From a virus: a stretch of 47,017 nt of DNA. Location: the IMG/VR virus record IMGVR_UViG_3300038701_001735, positions 1 to 47,017 of that record; one strand, written 5' to 3'. The notes under the pieces are model-generated. The model did not search any database and was not told the DNA's origin. It saw only the letters and a program-made list of their open reading frames with translations. A program made the position numbers and the translations under genes. This document shows positions 40,140-47,017 of this stretch, piece by piece (positions within the stretch are counted from its first letter, which is position 1; each line of letters begins with the position of its first letter).

Positions 40140-40289
40140 ATGGGACAGAGATTCCTTGGGTTGCAAGTTGGCGACGTTCTCGATCGCTGGCTGACTGACA
40201 GCAACGTGGACGGGTTCGCGAAATCCGTCGCCCTGATCCTCGCCGTTCTTTTCGGATCGGTGATGCTGATCGGGTGGGCGTTCGGATGA
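40140..40289 (+). CDS. Small membrane protein, 49 aa (below the ORF-track cutoff)
   Basis: AGGAGAATACG directly precedes the ATG. C-terminal TM segment SVALILAVLFGSVMLIGWAF. Confidence 0.4.
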   Translation: MGQRFLGLQVGDVLDRWLTDSNVDGFAKSVALILAVLFGSVMLIGWAFG

Positions 40290-40477
40290 CCTACGACCAA
40301 GCGATCCGCGCGCTCAATAAAGCTGCCTATGCAGCAATCCGCGCCTGCCGAGACACCACCGACCTACCCAACGTAGACCGCCGCGCGCTGCGCCTGATCG
40401 CAAGCGAGACGGATCGCCTTGTCGATCATGGCAGCGACAGCGGCAGCTTCCCAAGCAGAATTGAGGCGGCGTCATGA
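40286..40477 (+). CDS. Hypothetical 63-aa protein
   Basis: ATGA overlap with the upstream stop. Confidence 0.5.
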   Translation: MTYDQAIRALNKAAYAAIRACRDTTDLPNVDRRALRLIASETDRLVDHGSDSGSFPSRIEAAS

Positions 40478-40632
40478 CACTTCTTGCAATGGCAGAAGGC
40501 GCGCTCTCGCCACGAGCGGCATATGACTGGTTTTTCCCTATGCGCAAAACGTGGGGGTATGGGCGAGACCCAGAGGAATGCTGCCGTTTCCTTGGTAAAA
40601 ATACCGCCGTCTCTAAGCTGATTTGGTGCTGA
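40474..40632 (+). CDS. Hypothetical 52-aa protein
   Basis: ATGA overlap with the upstream stop. Confidence 0.4.
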   Translation: MTLLAMAEGALSPRAAYDWFFPMRKTWGYGRDPEECCRFLGKNTAVSKLIWC

Positions 40633-40636
40633 CATT

Positions 40637-41605
40637 ATGACCCAAGAAATCCGCACCCTTGCAGATGACGAGTTGATCACGGAGCCCGGCCTTTACGCCA
40701 TCTCGCTTGATCGCCACCACTCACAGCCCTGCGATGGCGTGTCCGTCACGTCTGGCGTCCTGCGCAAGATGGAATTGGAAACGCCGGCAGACGTTTGGGC
40801 ATTCCACCAGTTGAACCCGCGCAGGTTCGAGCGCCCGGAGACGGACGCCTTGCGCCTGGGCCGTGCGATGGCCGCGTTTGTCGAGGGTGGCAAGTCTGGA
40901 CTGGAACAGCATTTCGCCGTTCTGCCGGCAGACAAGCCCCGCAGGCCGACCGCGCAACAGCTAGATGCCTACGACAAGGGCAAGGCGACCGAAGCGGGCA
41001 AGCATAGCGTGGAGTTTTGGCGCGACGTGGATCTGGACCCGCGCGACTACATCACGCAGCAGGAAATGGACCTGCTTCTGGATATGGGCGCGGCGCTGAT
41101 GGACGACCCTGCCGCGTCTGCCGTGATGGAAGGCATCCCCGAGGTCACGATGGCGTGGCGGGACGAGCAGACCGGCATCTGGTGCCTTGCTCGACCGGAC
41201 ACGATCAACCTCGATGGGACCGTGACGGATTATAAGCGGTTATCTGGTCAGGGTCAGCCGTTCTCGCATCGCTTGGTCGATCGCCGGATCACGGACCACG
41301 GCTATGACATGCAACTCGCCTTTGCGGCCGAGGGGATGGAGCGCGTTCTGGGTTTCTGGCCCGAGGCGGCAGCGATCATCGCGCAGTCCGCAACGCCGCC
41401 CTACCACGTCATCCTGCGCGAAATCTTGGACGAGGATCTGAGGCTTGGGCAATGGCGCAACCGCGTGGCCCTGAACCGCTTTGCCGAATGCCTCGAAAGC
41501 GGCATCTGGCCCGGCCCCGGAATGGATACCGCCGCATATCAGCGCCCAGAGTGGCAGCGGCAAATGCTGATCGAACGTATGGCTGTCGAAGGAGAAGCCC
41601 CGTGA
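40637..41605 (+). CDS. PD-(D/E)XK family exonuclease (partner of RecT)
   Basis: ..CLARPDTINLDGTVTDYKRL.. matches D...(D/E)xK. Lies immediately upstream of recT and is coupled to it. Confidence 0.7.
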   Translation: MTQEIRTLADDELITEPGLYAISLDRHHSQPCDGVSVTSGVLRKMELETPADVWAFHQLNPRRFERPETDALRLGRAMAAFVEGGKSGLEQHFAVLPADKPRRPTAQQLDAYDKGKATEAGKHSVEFWRDVDLDPRDYITQQEMDLLLDMGAALMDDPAASAVMEGIPEVTMAWRDEQTGIWCLARPDTINLDGTVTDYKRLSGQGQPFSHRLVDRRITDHGYDMQLAFAAEGMERVLGFWPEAAAIIAQSATPPYHVILREILDEDLRLGQWRNRVALNRFAECLESGIWPGPGMDTAAYQRPEWQRQMLIERMAVEGEAP

Positions 41606-42645
41606 ACCAACAGAACCCCATCATCGTGTTCAAGCAGCAATTGAACGGGCTGCAAGACAAGGGTGAGTTGGCCCTTCCCGACACCGTTCCGTTCAAGAAC
41701 TTCCAGAACGCCGCGATTGTCGCCGTGTCGGACAACCCTTCGATCCTGTCGTGCGATCGTCAGAGCGTGTTCAAGGCCCTGCGCACCCTTGCTGCGGCTG
41801 GCCTTGTTCCTGACGGGCGTGAGGCTGCGATCGTTCCGTTCAAAGGTTCGGCCCGGGCCATGCCGATGGTTGCCGGTCTGGTCAAGGTGGCCCGCAATTC
41901 CGGCAAGATTTCAACGCTCTGGTCTGAAATCGTCTACGAGGGCGAGACGCTGAACGTCTGGATCGAGGACGGGGAGCGGAAGTGGGACCACGTTCAAGAC
42001 GATGGCACCCCGATCAACGTGATGAAGCGCGGCGGCAAGATCATCGGCGCTTACGCTGTCGCCAAGCTGACGGACGGGACGGTCGAGTTTCAGCCGATGT
42101 CATTCGACGATATCGAGAAGCGCCGCATTGCCAGCGCCAACCAGAAGGACGCGGAGAACCCGAGCGGCATCTGGCGCGACTGGTATGAAGAAATGGCGAA
42201 GAAGACCGTCATTCGAAACCTGTGCAAGCGCCTGCCCATGTCCTCCGACGACATGGAGCGCCTGATGGTCGAGCAAGATCGGATCGCGGGCCTTCGCGAC
42301 GTGACGCCCAAGGACGAACCGACCGCATTGCAGCGCAAAGTGATGGCCGCGCGGGGCGAGGACATGCCCCCAGAGCCCCAGAGTGCGCCCGTGGAGGGCG
42401 AAACGATCGAGGGGCAGGCAGAGACCCCCGACGAGCAGAACGACGCCCCTGCGCCCGCTCATTGGACGGAGAAGGTGGACGCGTCCGATGCGTCCCCCGG
42501 CGCCGATGAATGGGACGAGGGCGTGAAGGCCGCACAGGCTGGAATGAAGCGGACCATGTGCCGGCATGAGCCCGGCTCGCAACAGGCGAAGGATTGGCTG
42601 GGCGGATACGATGCCGCGATCAAGGCGAAGGAGGCCGCAGAATGA
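41602..42645 (+). CDS. recT: RecT-family single-strand annealing protein
   Basis: GTG start in a GTGA overlap, with AAGGAG 7 nt upstream. RecT-like core: ..AAGLVPDGREAAIVPF...MPMVAGL...KKTVIRNLCKRLP.. Confidence 0.8.
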   Translation: MNQQNPIIVFKQQLNGLQDKGELALPDTVPFKNFQNAAIVAVSDNPSILSCDRQSVFKALRTLAAAGLVPDGREAAIVPFKGSARAMPMVAGLVKVARNSGKISTLWSEIVYEGETLNVWIEDGERKWDHVQDDGTPINVMKRGGKIIGAYAVAKLTDGTVEFQPMSFDDIEKRRIASANQKDAENPSGIWRDWYEEMAKKTVIRNLCKRLPMSSDDMERLMVEQDRIAGLRDVTPKDEPTALQRKVMAARGEDMPPEPQSAPVEGETIEGQAETPDEQNDAPAPAHWTEKVDASDASPGADEWDEGVKAAQAGMKRTMCRHEPGSQQAKDWLGGYDAAIKAKEAAE

Positions 42646-42995
42646 CCTACCGCACCGTTGAAGACAGCAAGAAGATGATCTGCCCCATTGCGCGGATCAG
42701 CGGCAACGAGCCAACCAAGGCCAAGTGCGTGGCGGGCGACTGCATGTTCTGGCGGTGGCGCGGCATGAGCGCGATGGATGCGCGGTTCCAAGGGGCGGTC
42801 TCGCGCGAGGTTTCGTTTCTGGCCAGCGAAAACCCCAAGGTGAAGCCTGACCTTCTGCACAAGGAGGCCGTCAAGCGCGTCACGAAAGACCCGATGGCCT
42901 ACACCTTCCCCGATCCCGAGGTCGATCTTGGTTTCTGTGGGCTTGGTGGCCCGCCCGAACATGCGACGACAAAGGGACAGGCCAATGATGCGTGA
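42642..42995 (+). CDS. Hypothetical 117-aa Cys-containing protein
   Basis: ATGA overlap with the recT stop. Confidence 0.55.
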   Translation: MTYRTVEDSKKMICPIARISGNEPTKAKCVAGDCMFWRWRGMSAMDARFQGAVSREVSFLASENPKVKPDLLHKEAVKRVTKDPMAYTFPDPEVDLGFCGLGGPPEHATTKGQANDA

Positions 42996-43203
42996 TCGCC
43001 CCGCCACCGACGAGGAAATCCTGCACATCCTCGACCTGCACGACAACGAGGGCCTGACCTTCACCGAAATCGGCCAGCGCGTCGGCAAGAGCAAGAGCGC
43101 AATCGCCGGCCTGGCCCATCGGATCAAGAAGGTCAGCGAGCCAAGCGAACACGACGGCACCATGCCTCGCCGCTGGTGGACAGACAGGAAGGCGCACACA
43201 TGA
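42985..43203 (+). CDS. GcrA-like HTH protein, 72 aa
   Basis: ATDEEILHILDLHDNEGLTFTEIGQRVGKSKSAIAGLAHRI aligns by eye to the GcrA N-terminus (WTDE..L..LW..GLS.SQIA..LG..SRNAVIGKVHRL). Confidence 0.55.
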   Translation: MMRDRPATDEEILHILDLHDNEGLTFTEIGQRVGKSKSAIAGLAHRIKKVSEPSEHDGTMPRRWWTDRKAHT

Positions 43204-43670
43204 TCCACGCACACATGCTTCCCAAGGCCAGGTCGAAGGCCATCATGTCCGCGGCCCGGCAACAGCCCTGCACCCTGCGCGTTTCCAGCCTGTTCCCCGG
43301 TCACTTCTGTTCCGGCGTAGAGACCACCGTTGCCTGCCATCTACCCGTAGACGGTAAGGGTGTGGCGACGAAGGTGACTGATACGTCAATCGCGTTCGGT
43401 TGCTCCAACTGCCACGACATTGTGGACGGCCGCGACCGCAATCGCCGGGACTACATCATGGAGAAGGCGCCGACCGCGTTCATGGAGCGACTGCTACGGG
43501 CCCATTGCGAGACGATCACGCGGCTTTGGATGGATGGCGTGATTCAGATCACCGATCAGGAGTGCCAGCATTGCAAAGGCGGTGATGCGCCGCCGGATGA
43601 TCTGGACGGGTTCGATAATTGGCGCTGCCCGGCGTGTGGTGATGTCTATTCAATCGAGGGTGACGAATGA
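43200..43670 (+). CDS. YbcO/DUF1364-like putative nuclease with an extra C-terminal CxxC...CxxC zinc ribbon, 156 aa
   Basis: ..QPCTLRV...TVACHLP..GKGVATKVTD..AFGCSNCHDIVDGR.. matches the YbcO pattern. C-terminal CQHC...CPAC. Confidence 0.55.
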   Translation: MIHAHMLPKARSKAIMSAARQQPCTLRVSSLFPGHFCSGVETTVACHLPVDGKGVATKVTDTSIAFGCSNCHDIVDGRDRNRRDYIMEKAPTAFMERLLRAHCETITRLWMDGVIQITDQECQHCKGGDAPPDDLDGFDNWRCPACGDVYSIEGDE

Positions 43671-43900
43671 CCGCTGCCGACAAACTCCGCGCCATTGCCG
43701 CCGATCCCCACGCCGCCGTCATCCGACAGCCCACCGCGCGGGAAACAATCGAGGCAAGGATTGGCAAGAAACTCCCGCCGACCGCAGACCTTCCGCCCGA
43801 TCTGAGAGAGGCAATCAAGCTGCTGGCCATCCAGCGAATAAGGAACCGACAAAAGCGCAAGCTGGACGGAACGACCGTAAGGAGGACTGACGATGCCTGA
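43667..43900 (+). CDS. Hypothetical 77-aa protein
   Basis: ATGA overlap with the upstream stop. Confidence 0.5.
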   Translation: MTAADKLRAIAADPHAAVIRQPTARETIEARIGKKLPPTADLPPDLREAIKLLAIQRIRNRQKRKLDGTTVRRTDDA

Positions 43901-44030
43901 CCCCCGTTTTACCGAAATGTGGACGGACTACAACGCCGCCGAGATTGACCGCATGGTGCGCCGCGCCTGCTGGATCGGCATCATCTTCGCCGTGGCGTTG
44001 TTTCTCACGATGAAGGGGATTTACGGATGA
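43893..44030 (+). CDS. Small membrane protein, 45 aa
   Basis: AGGAGG lies upstream of the ATG. TM segment CWIGIIFAVALFLTM. Confidence 0.4.
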   Translation: MPDPRFTEMWTDYNAAEIDRMVRRACWIGIIFAVALFLTMKGIYG

Positions 44031-44191
44031 TCGCCAGCCACCAGACCCGCCTGAACGTGCTGCTGAACAACGTCCTGCACGATTACCGCGAAGAACACCC
44101 CGACCTTGATCAAGACGAGGCCCGAGCAGCGCTGTGGGATGCCCTAGCCGATCTTGGCGAGACAGTGCCGGAAAAGGAGGATGACAAATGA
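44027..44191 (+). CDS. Hypothetical 54-aa acidic protein
   Basis: ATGA overlaps on both sides. Confidence 0.45.
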   Translation: MIASHQTRLNVLLNNVLHDYREEHPDLDQDEARAALWDALADLGETVPEKEDDK

Positions 44192-44427
44192 CTGACCACA
44201 CCGAATGGCTAACAGACAAGAATGCAAACCGCTGGGAGATGCCGGTTGCCCCGTGGTGGAAGCGCCTGCCTGTTATCCGCCACATTCGATCTGTCGCACT
44301 GAAATGGAAAGTCGAGCGCCACTATTCCGTTGGCATGGGCGTCTTTGGCCTTCGCACCGGCTATGACGATTGGGTGCTTTACGGAATTTGGCACGGGCTA
44401 GAGCGAAAGGATCATGAAGATGACTGA
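44188..44427 (+). CDS. Hypothetical 79-aa Trp-rich protein
   Basis: ATGA overlap with the upstream stop. Confidence 0.55.
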   Translation: MTDHTEWLTDKNANRWEMPVAPWWKRLPVIRHIRSVALKWKVERHYSVGMGVFGLRTGYDDWVLYGIWHGLERKDHEDD

Positions 44428-44719
44428 ATATCCCAAGCGCATCAGCATATCGCCCGTTTATCGCCAGAAGCGCGACGATGATTTCTATCTTGTCGATAGA
44501 GACGCATTTCCCGGCAAAGGGAAAGAATACGTCCCCGCCGACCTTCTCAAAGCCGAGCGCGCCCGTGCGGATAGGCTGGAAGAGGCGCTGCGTCGGATAG
44601 ATGAAGCCAGCAACCACTACGCAATGACGCCAACGTATTCGGAGGGGACGCTGAGATATGCGCACCAGTCTACGCGCAACCTCGCCCGCGCCGCCCTTGG
44701 TGACGAGGTGGACACATGA
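44414..44719 (+). CDS. Hypothetical 101-aa protein
   Basis: ORF overlapping the upstream gene by 14 nt. Confidence 0.55.
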   Translation: MKMTEYPKRISISPVYRQKRDDDFYLVDRDAFPGKGKEYVPADLLKAERARADRLEEALRRIDEASNHYAMTPTYSEGTLRYAHQSTRNLARAALGDEVDT

Positions 44720-44836
44720 CCGCCACCGAAGCCGCCCTTCGCGCCATCATGGCCCGATCCCCGGTGCAATCGACCGAGGAAATGAACGCGGCCAAACAGC
44801 CCTCGCGGGCGATCTGTTCGAATGGGGAGTAGAGGG

Positions 44837-45037
44837 ATGAAAAGTCTTTTACTGTGGATCATTGTCTGGCTCGGCTTTTCTTTTGCCAGCTACGGAGTGA
44901 TTTTTGCAGTTGCCTCGTTCATTGCATGGGATATCGGCGTTATGTCCGCTTTGGCGCATCGCAGCACATTGGCCGTTTGTCTGGTTGGTTTTGGGCTGAT
45001 CTGTATTGGCGCGGCTGTAGATGAGATGGACAAATGA
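44837..45037 (+). CDS. Integral membrane protein, 66 aa, markedly lower GC
   Basis: GGAGTAGAGGG directly precedes the ATG. Two to three TM segments. Confidence 0.55.
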   Translation: MKSLLLWIIVWLGFSFASYGVIFAVASFIAWDIGVMSALAHRSTLAVCLVGFGLICIGAAVDEMDK

Positions 45038-45390
45038 CCCGCATCATCGCCTTGGCCCTGTTCGCCAGCCCTGCCAGCGCCGAGACAATCCGCGAATGGC
45101 ATGGCGTCGGAGAAACGTCCTACGTCGAAATCCACGAACCGACCGCGCCGAATGCGGTGGCCACGGTGACTTTCGCAAATCGCCCTGTCCACAATCAGGA
45201 CGAGCAGTTTGTCCTGACCTTCGACGGAATCGAGGTGCGGTTCGGAATGCGCTGGGGCTATCACTCAGGGCGCCGCGAAGAAACTCTGACGATCTATCCG
45301 CCGGATGGGTATATCGCCGTTCCGCCCGAACTCGACCTTGACGAATGGGTCACGGACGAAGCGCAAATCTATCTGTGGGAAGGAATGTGA
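45034..45390 (+). CDS. Secreted protein, 118 aa
   Basis: Signal peptide MTRIIALALFASPASA/ET. ATGA overlap with the upstream stop. Confidence 0.6.
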   Translation: MTRIIALALFASPASAETIREWHGVGETSYVEIHEPTAPNAVATVTFANRPVHNQDEQFVLTFDGIEVRFGMRWGYHSGRREETLTIYPPDGYIAVPPELDLDEWVTDEAQIYLWEGM

Positions 45391-45391
45391 G

Positions 45392-45904
45392 ATGAAGATC
45401 GAAGACGGAAAAGAATACCGGACGCGAGGCGGATGGAAGGCCCTTTGTTGGCAGGATGATAACGGCGTCTTTGCGGCAATCCATTTTGACAAACGTGAAA
45501 GTGTCGAACACCGGGCTGATGGCAGCTGCCATATTCGTGGCGACGATTATGACATCGTTGCCGAATGGTCAGACGACACGGACGGCGAATCCCCGAAACT
45601 CTGGCGCGACATGACCGACGCCGAAAAAGGCGCGCTGCTATTGGCGCATTATGAGGGGAAGGTGATTGATGTTTGGCACGCCGATACGGGAAGCTTTGGC
45701 AGACCTCTCAACCCTGCGCTTCCCTTTCGCGCATGGCACGCCTACCGCGTCCGCCCCGAGCCAAAGCGGGAGACGGTGACGCTTTGGTGGGAAGGTGGGT
45801 GCATTGGTTCGAGGGAGTATTACGATGACGCAACCCATCGCATCACCTTCGATCGGATCGACGGCGAACCGGATTGCGACAGCGTAAAGATGGAGCGGCT
45901 GTGA
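45392..45904 (+). CDS. Hypothetical 170-aa protein
   Basis: The ATG lies 1 nt after the upstream stop. Confidence 0.6.
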   Translation: MKIEDGKEYRTRGGWKALCWQDDNGVFAAIHFDKRESVEHRADGSCHIRGDDYDIVAEWSDDTDGESPKLWRDMTDAEKGALLLAHYEGKVIDVWHADTGSFGRPLNPALPFRAWHAYRVRPEPKRETVTLWWEGGCIGSREYYDDATHRITFDRIDGEPDCDSVKMERL

Positions 45905-46068
45905 TGCCTACATGGCTGGATTTCATTCTTGGTGCTGCTCTTATATTCGTCTTTCTTTGGGGGGGCGCATCTTTCATCCGATGGGAACTGTTGCCACCTA
46001 GCGATGTTCTGTTTCGCTGCATTGTAGTCATTGCGGTCTATTTGAAATGGAAGGTGCGCGAAAAATGA
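45904..46068 (+). CDS. Small membrane protein, 54 aa
   Basis: TGATG overlap. TM segments WLDFILGAALIFVFLWGG and VLFRCIVVIAVYL. Confidence 0.45.
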   Translation: MPTWLDFILGAALIFVFLWGGASFIRWELLPPSDVLFRCIVVIAVYLKWKVREK

Positions 46069-46343
46069 CCCGCCGCGCGCCTCTTGAAGCAGACCGCACG
46101 TTCGATCCAGCCAGCGCCTTCGGATCGTCCCTGTGGGCCGCAACGCGCCTCGGGATGACGCGCGACACCTTCTACCGCAAGAAGCTCAAACTCATGCGCC
46201 GCGGCTTTCCCAAGCCCGACGAAATCACCGGCCACTACCTCAAGGCCGATGTGGATCGCTGGATTGAACAGCGACAGACGGTGCCCTCGCATGATACGGT
46301 GGAGGTTTCCGGACCAAAGGGAGTGAACTTCGATGCGATTTAA
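46065..46343 (+). CDS. xis: Excisionase / AlpA-like HTH protein, 92 aa
   Basis: ..RLGMTRDTFYRKKLKLMRRGFPKPDE..YLKADVDRWIEQR.. Lies immediately upstream of int and overlaps it by 11 nt. Confidence 0.65.
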   Translation: MTRRAPLEADRTFDPASAFGSSLWAATRLGMTRDTFYRKKLKLMRRGFPKPDEITGHYLKADVDRWIEQRQTVPSHDTVEVSGPKGVNFDAI

Positions 46344-47017
46344 GGATGACCTATGGACTGAGGCAGACCCGCATTACGCACCGGGTAAGGTGCCGAGCCG
46401 GGATAACTTCTACTGGACCGCGCCGCGCAAATATCAGCGCATGGGATACGAACCCAAGCGCATCCGCCTGACCGGCAAGGAAGGCGACGGCAAAGACCTG
46501 ATCCGCGCCAAGGAATGCCGGGACCACACGAAGGCGATGCTGCGTCACTTCGGTATCGAAGACCCGTATGGTCTGGACGCCAGCGTTGGCACATGGGGCT
46601 GGCTGATCCGCAAATGGAAGGCCGACCCACACGCGCGTTACCAGAAGGTGAAGCCGAACACCCGCGCGATGTATGATCACTTTCTCGACCGATGGGATCA
46701 GATCATCGGCAAGGCCCAGATCAGCGCAATGACCTACGTTCTCGCGTCCGACATTCTGGCCGCGATGAAGGACAAGGGCCGGTCACAGGACAACATGGCC
46801 CGCATGTTCGCGATGCTGCGCACCCTCGCCCGCTATGGAAAAGCCATCGGCGTAACCGGCGCGGACAAGGCAGAGGCAGCGATCGGGCAATTCCGGTTCG
46901 ACGGATCGCCCGCCCGCACCGCAGCTCCGACACGCGACCAGATCGAGGCCATCATCGCAGAGGCGCAGAGACGCGATCTGACGGGCTTCGCAACCGGCCT
47001 GCTGTTCCAGTGGACAT
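46333..47017 (+). CDS. int: Tyrosine integrase, N-terminal part (open to the window end; continues at 1..639)
   Basis: The ATG at 46333 opens frame 1 with no stop before 47017. The last 127 nt equal nt 1..127, which continue in the same frame to the stop at 639. Confidence 0.9.
   Translation, partial: MRFKDDLWTEADPHYAPGKVPSRDNFYWTAPRKYQRMGYEPKRIRLTGKEGDGKDLIRAKECRDHTKAMLRHFGIEDPYGLDASVGTWGWLIRKWKADPHARYQKVKPNTRAMYDHFLDRWDQIIGKAQISAMTYVLASDILAAMKDKGRSQDNMARMFAMLRTLARYGKAIGVTGADKAEAAIGQFRFDGSPARTAAPTRDQIEAIIAEAQRRDLTGFATGLLFQWT
46891..47017. repeat. Terminal overlap, identical to 1..127
   Basis: Compared by eye. Confidence 0.97.

Larger units (their letters stand above)
1..47017. mobile_element. 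Complete temperate phage genome on a circularly closed contig (46,890 bp unique plus a 127-bp end overlap). Structural gene order is podovirus-like (T7/BPP-1 type).
   Basis: Integration, immunity, replication, recombination, packaging, capsid, tail and lysis modules are all present. The two contig ends are identical over 127 bp. Confidence 0.85.

Noticed and set aside
39108-40198. ORFs reading PPMPPMPP.. (39108..39416, plus), RRPVRRPV.. (39647..40066, minus), GRRTGRRT.. (39768..40076, plus) and PHGTPHGS.. (39761..40198, plus); also a possible CRISPR array
   Set aside because: These are other-frame or other-strand translations of the same 12- and 24-bp tandem repeats. The Ala-rich frames are the ones with SD sequences, globular N-terminal domains and coupling to neighbours. 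The repeats have no spacers and a 12-24 bp period, so they are not CRISPR.
44716-44832. 38-codon ORF (MTATEAALRAIMARSPVQSTEEMNAAKQPSRAICSNGE), ATGA-coupled to the upstream gene
   Set aside because: It is too short to support from sequence alone. It fills the gap before the membrane-protein gene but has no distinguishing feature, so it is left unannotated.

Overview
The window is a complete, circularly closed genome of a temperate, podovirus-like phage. It has 46,890 bp of unique sequence, and nt 1..127 are identical to 46891..47017, so the integrase gene is split across the artificial contig ends. The host is high-GC and probably alphaproteobacterial. The evidence for that is an attP core carrying the 3' half of a tRNA-His(GUG) with discriminator A73, plus two GcrA-like HTH proteins.

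Layout:
- Integration module: xis (46065..46343), int (46333..47017 joined to 1..639), three small lower-GC ORFs, then attP (about 1320..1500).
- Late operon, minus strand (27847 down to 1565): putative terS, an unusual 798-nt non-coding gap, terL, portal, scaffold, major capsid, decoration-like protein, T7 gp11/gp12-like tail proteins, four internal-virion/ejection proteins (one with a lytic transglycosylase domain), a 1379-aa tailspike with two pectate-lyase-like modules, and a lysis cassette (GH24 endolysin, holin, overlapped spanins). After the lysis cassette sits a second receptor-binding module whose fibre ends in an FGE/Mtd-like C-type-lectin motif. I found no reverse transcriptase or template repeat, so this is not a DGR.
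- Early plus-strand cluster (28046..31328): RadC plus unknown small proteins, punctuated by GC hairpins.
- Minus-strand replication operon (37907 down to 31252): Cro-like HTH with an intrinsic terminator, RuvC, T5orf172, an O-like initiator with internal iterons, a GcrA-like HTH coupled to a C5 DNA methyltransferase, and DnaB.
- Switch and rightward operon: a lambda-like switch with three AGTGTC-N4-GACACT operators around a cI-like gene, then a plus-strand operon (38443..46343) with two alanine-repeat paralogues, a PD-(D/E)XK exonuclease with RecT, a YbcO-like nuclease, many small ORFs, and a lower-GC membrane/secreted moron cluster.

The observations most worth a second look:
- An SD-preceded 155-codon ORF overprinted on the methyltransferase core.
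- A local switch of coding signal to another frame inside an ejection-protein gene.
- The alanine-repeat paralogue pair, built from perfect 12- and 24-bp coding repeats.
- The terS-terL non-coding gap.
- The cassette-like early cluster.

All functional calls rest on motifs read by eye and on synteny. No database search was possible.
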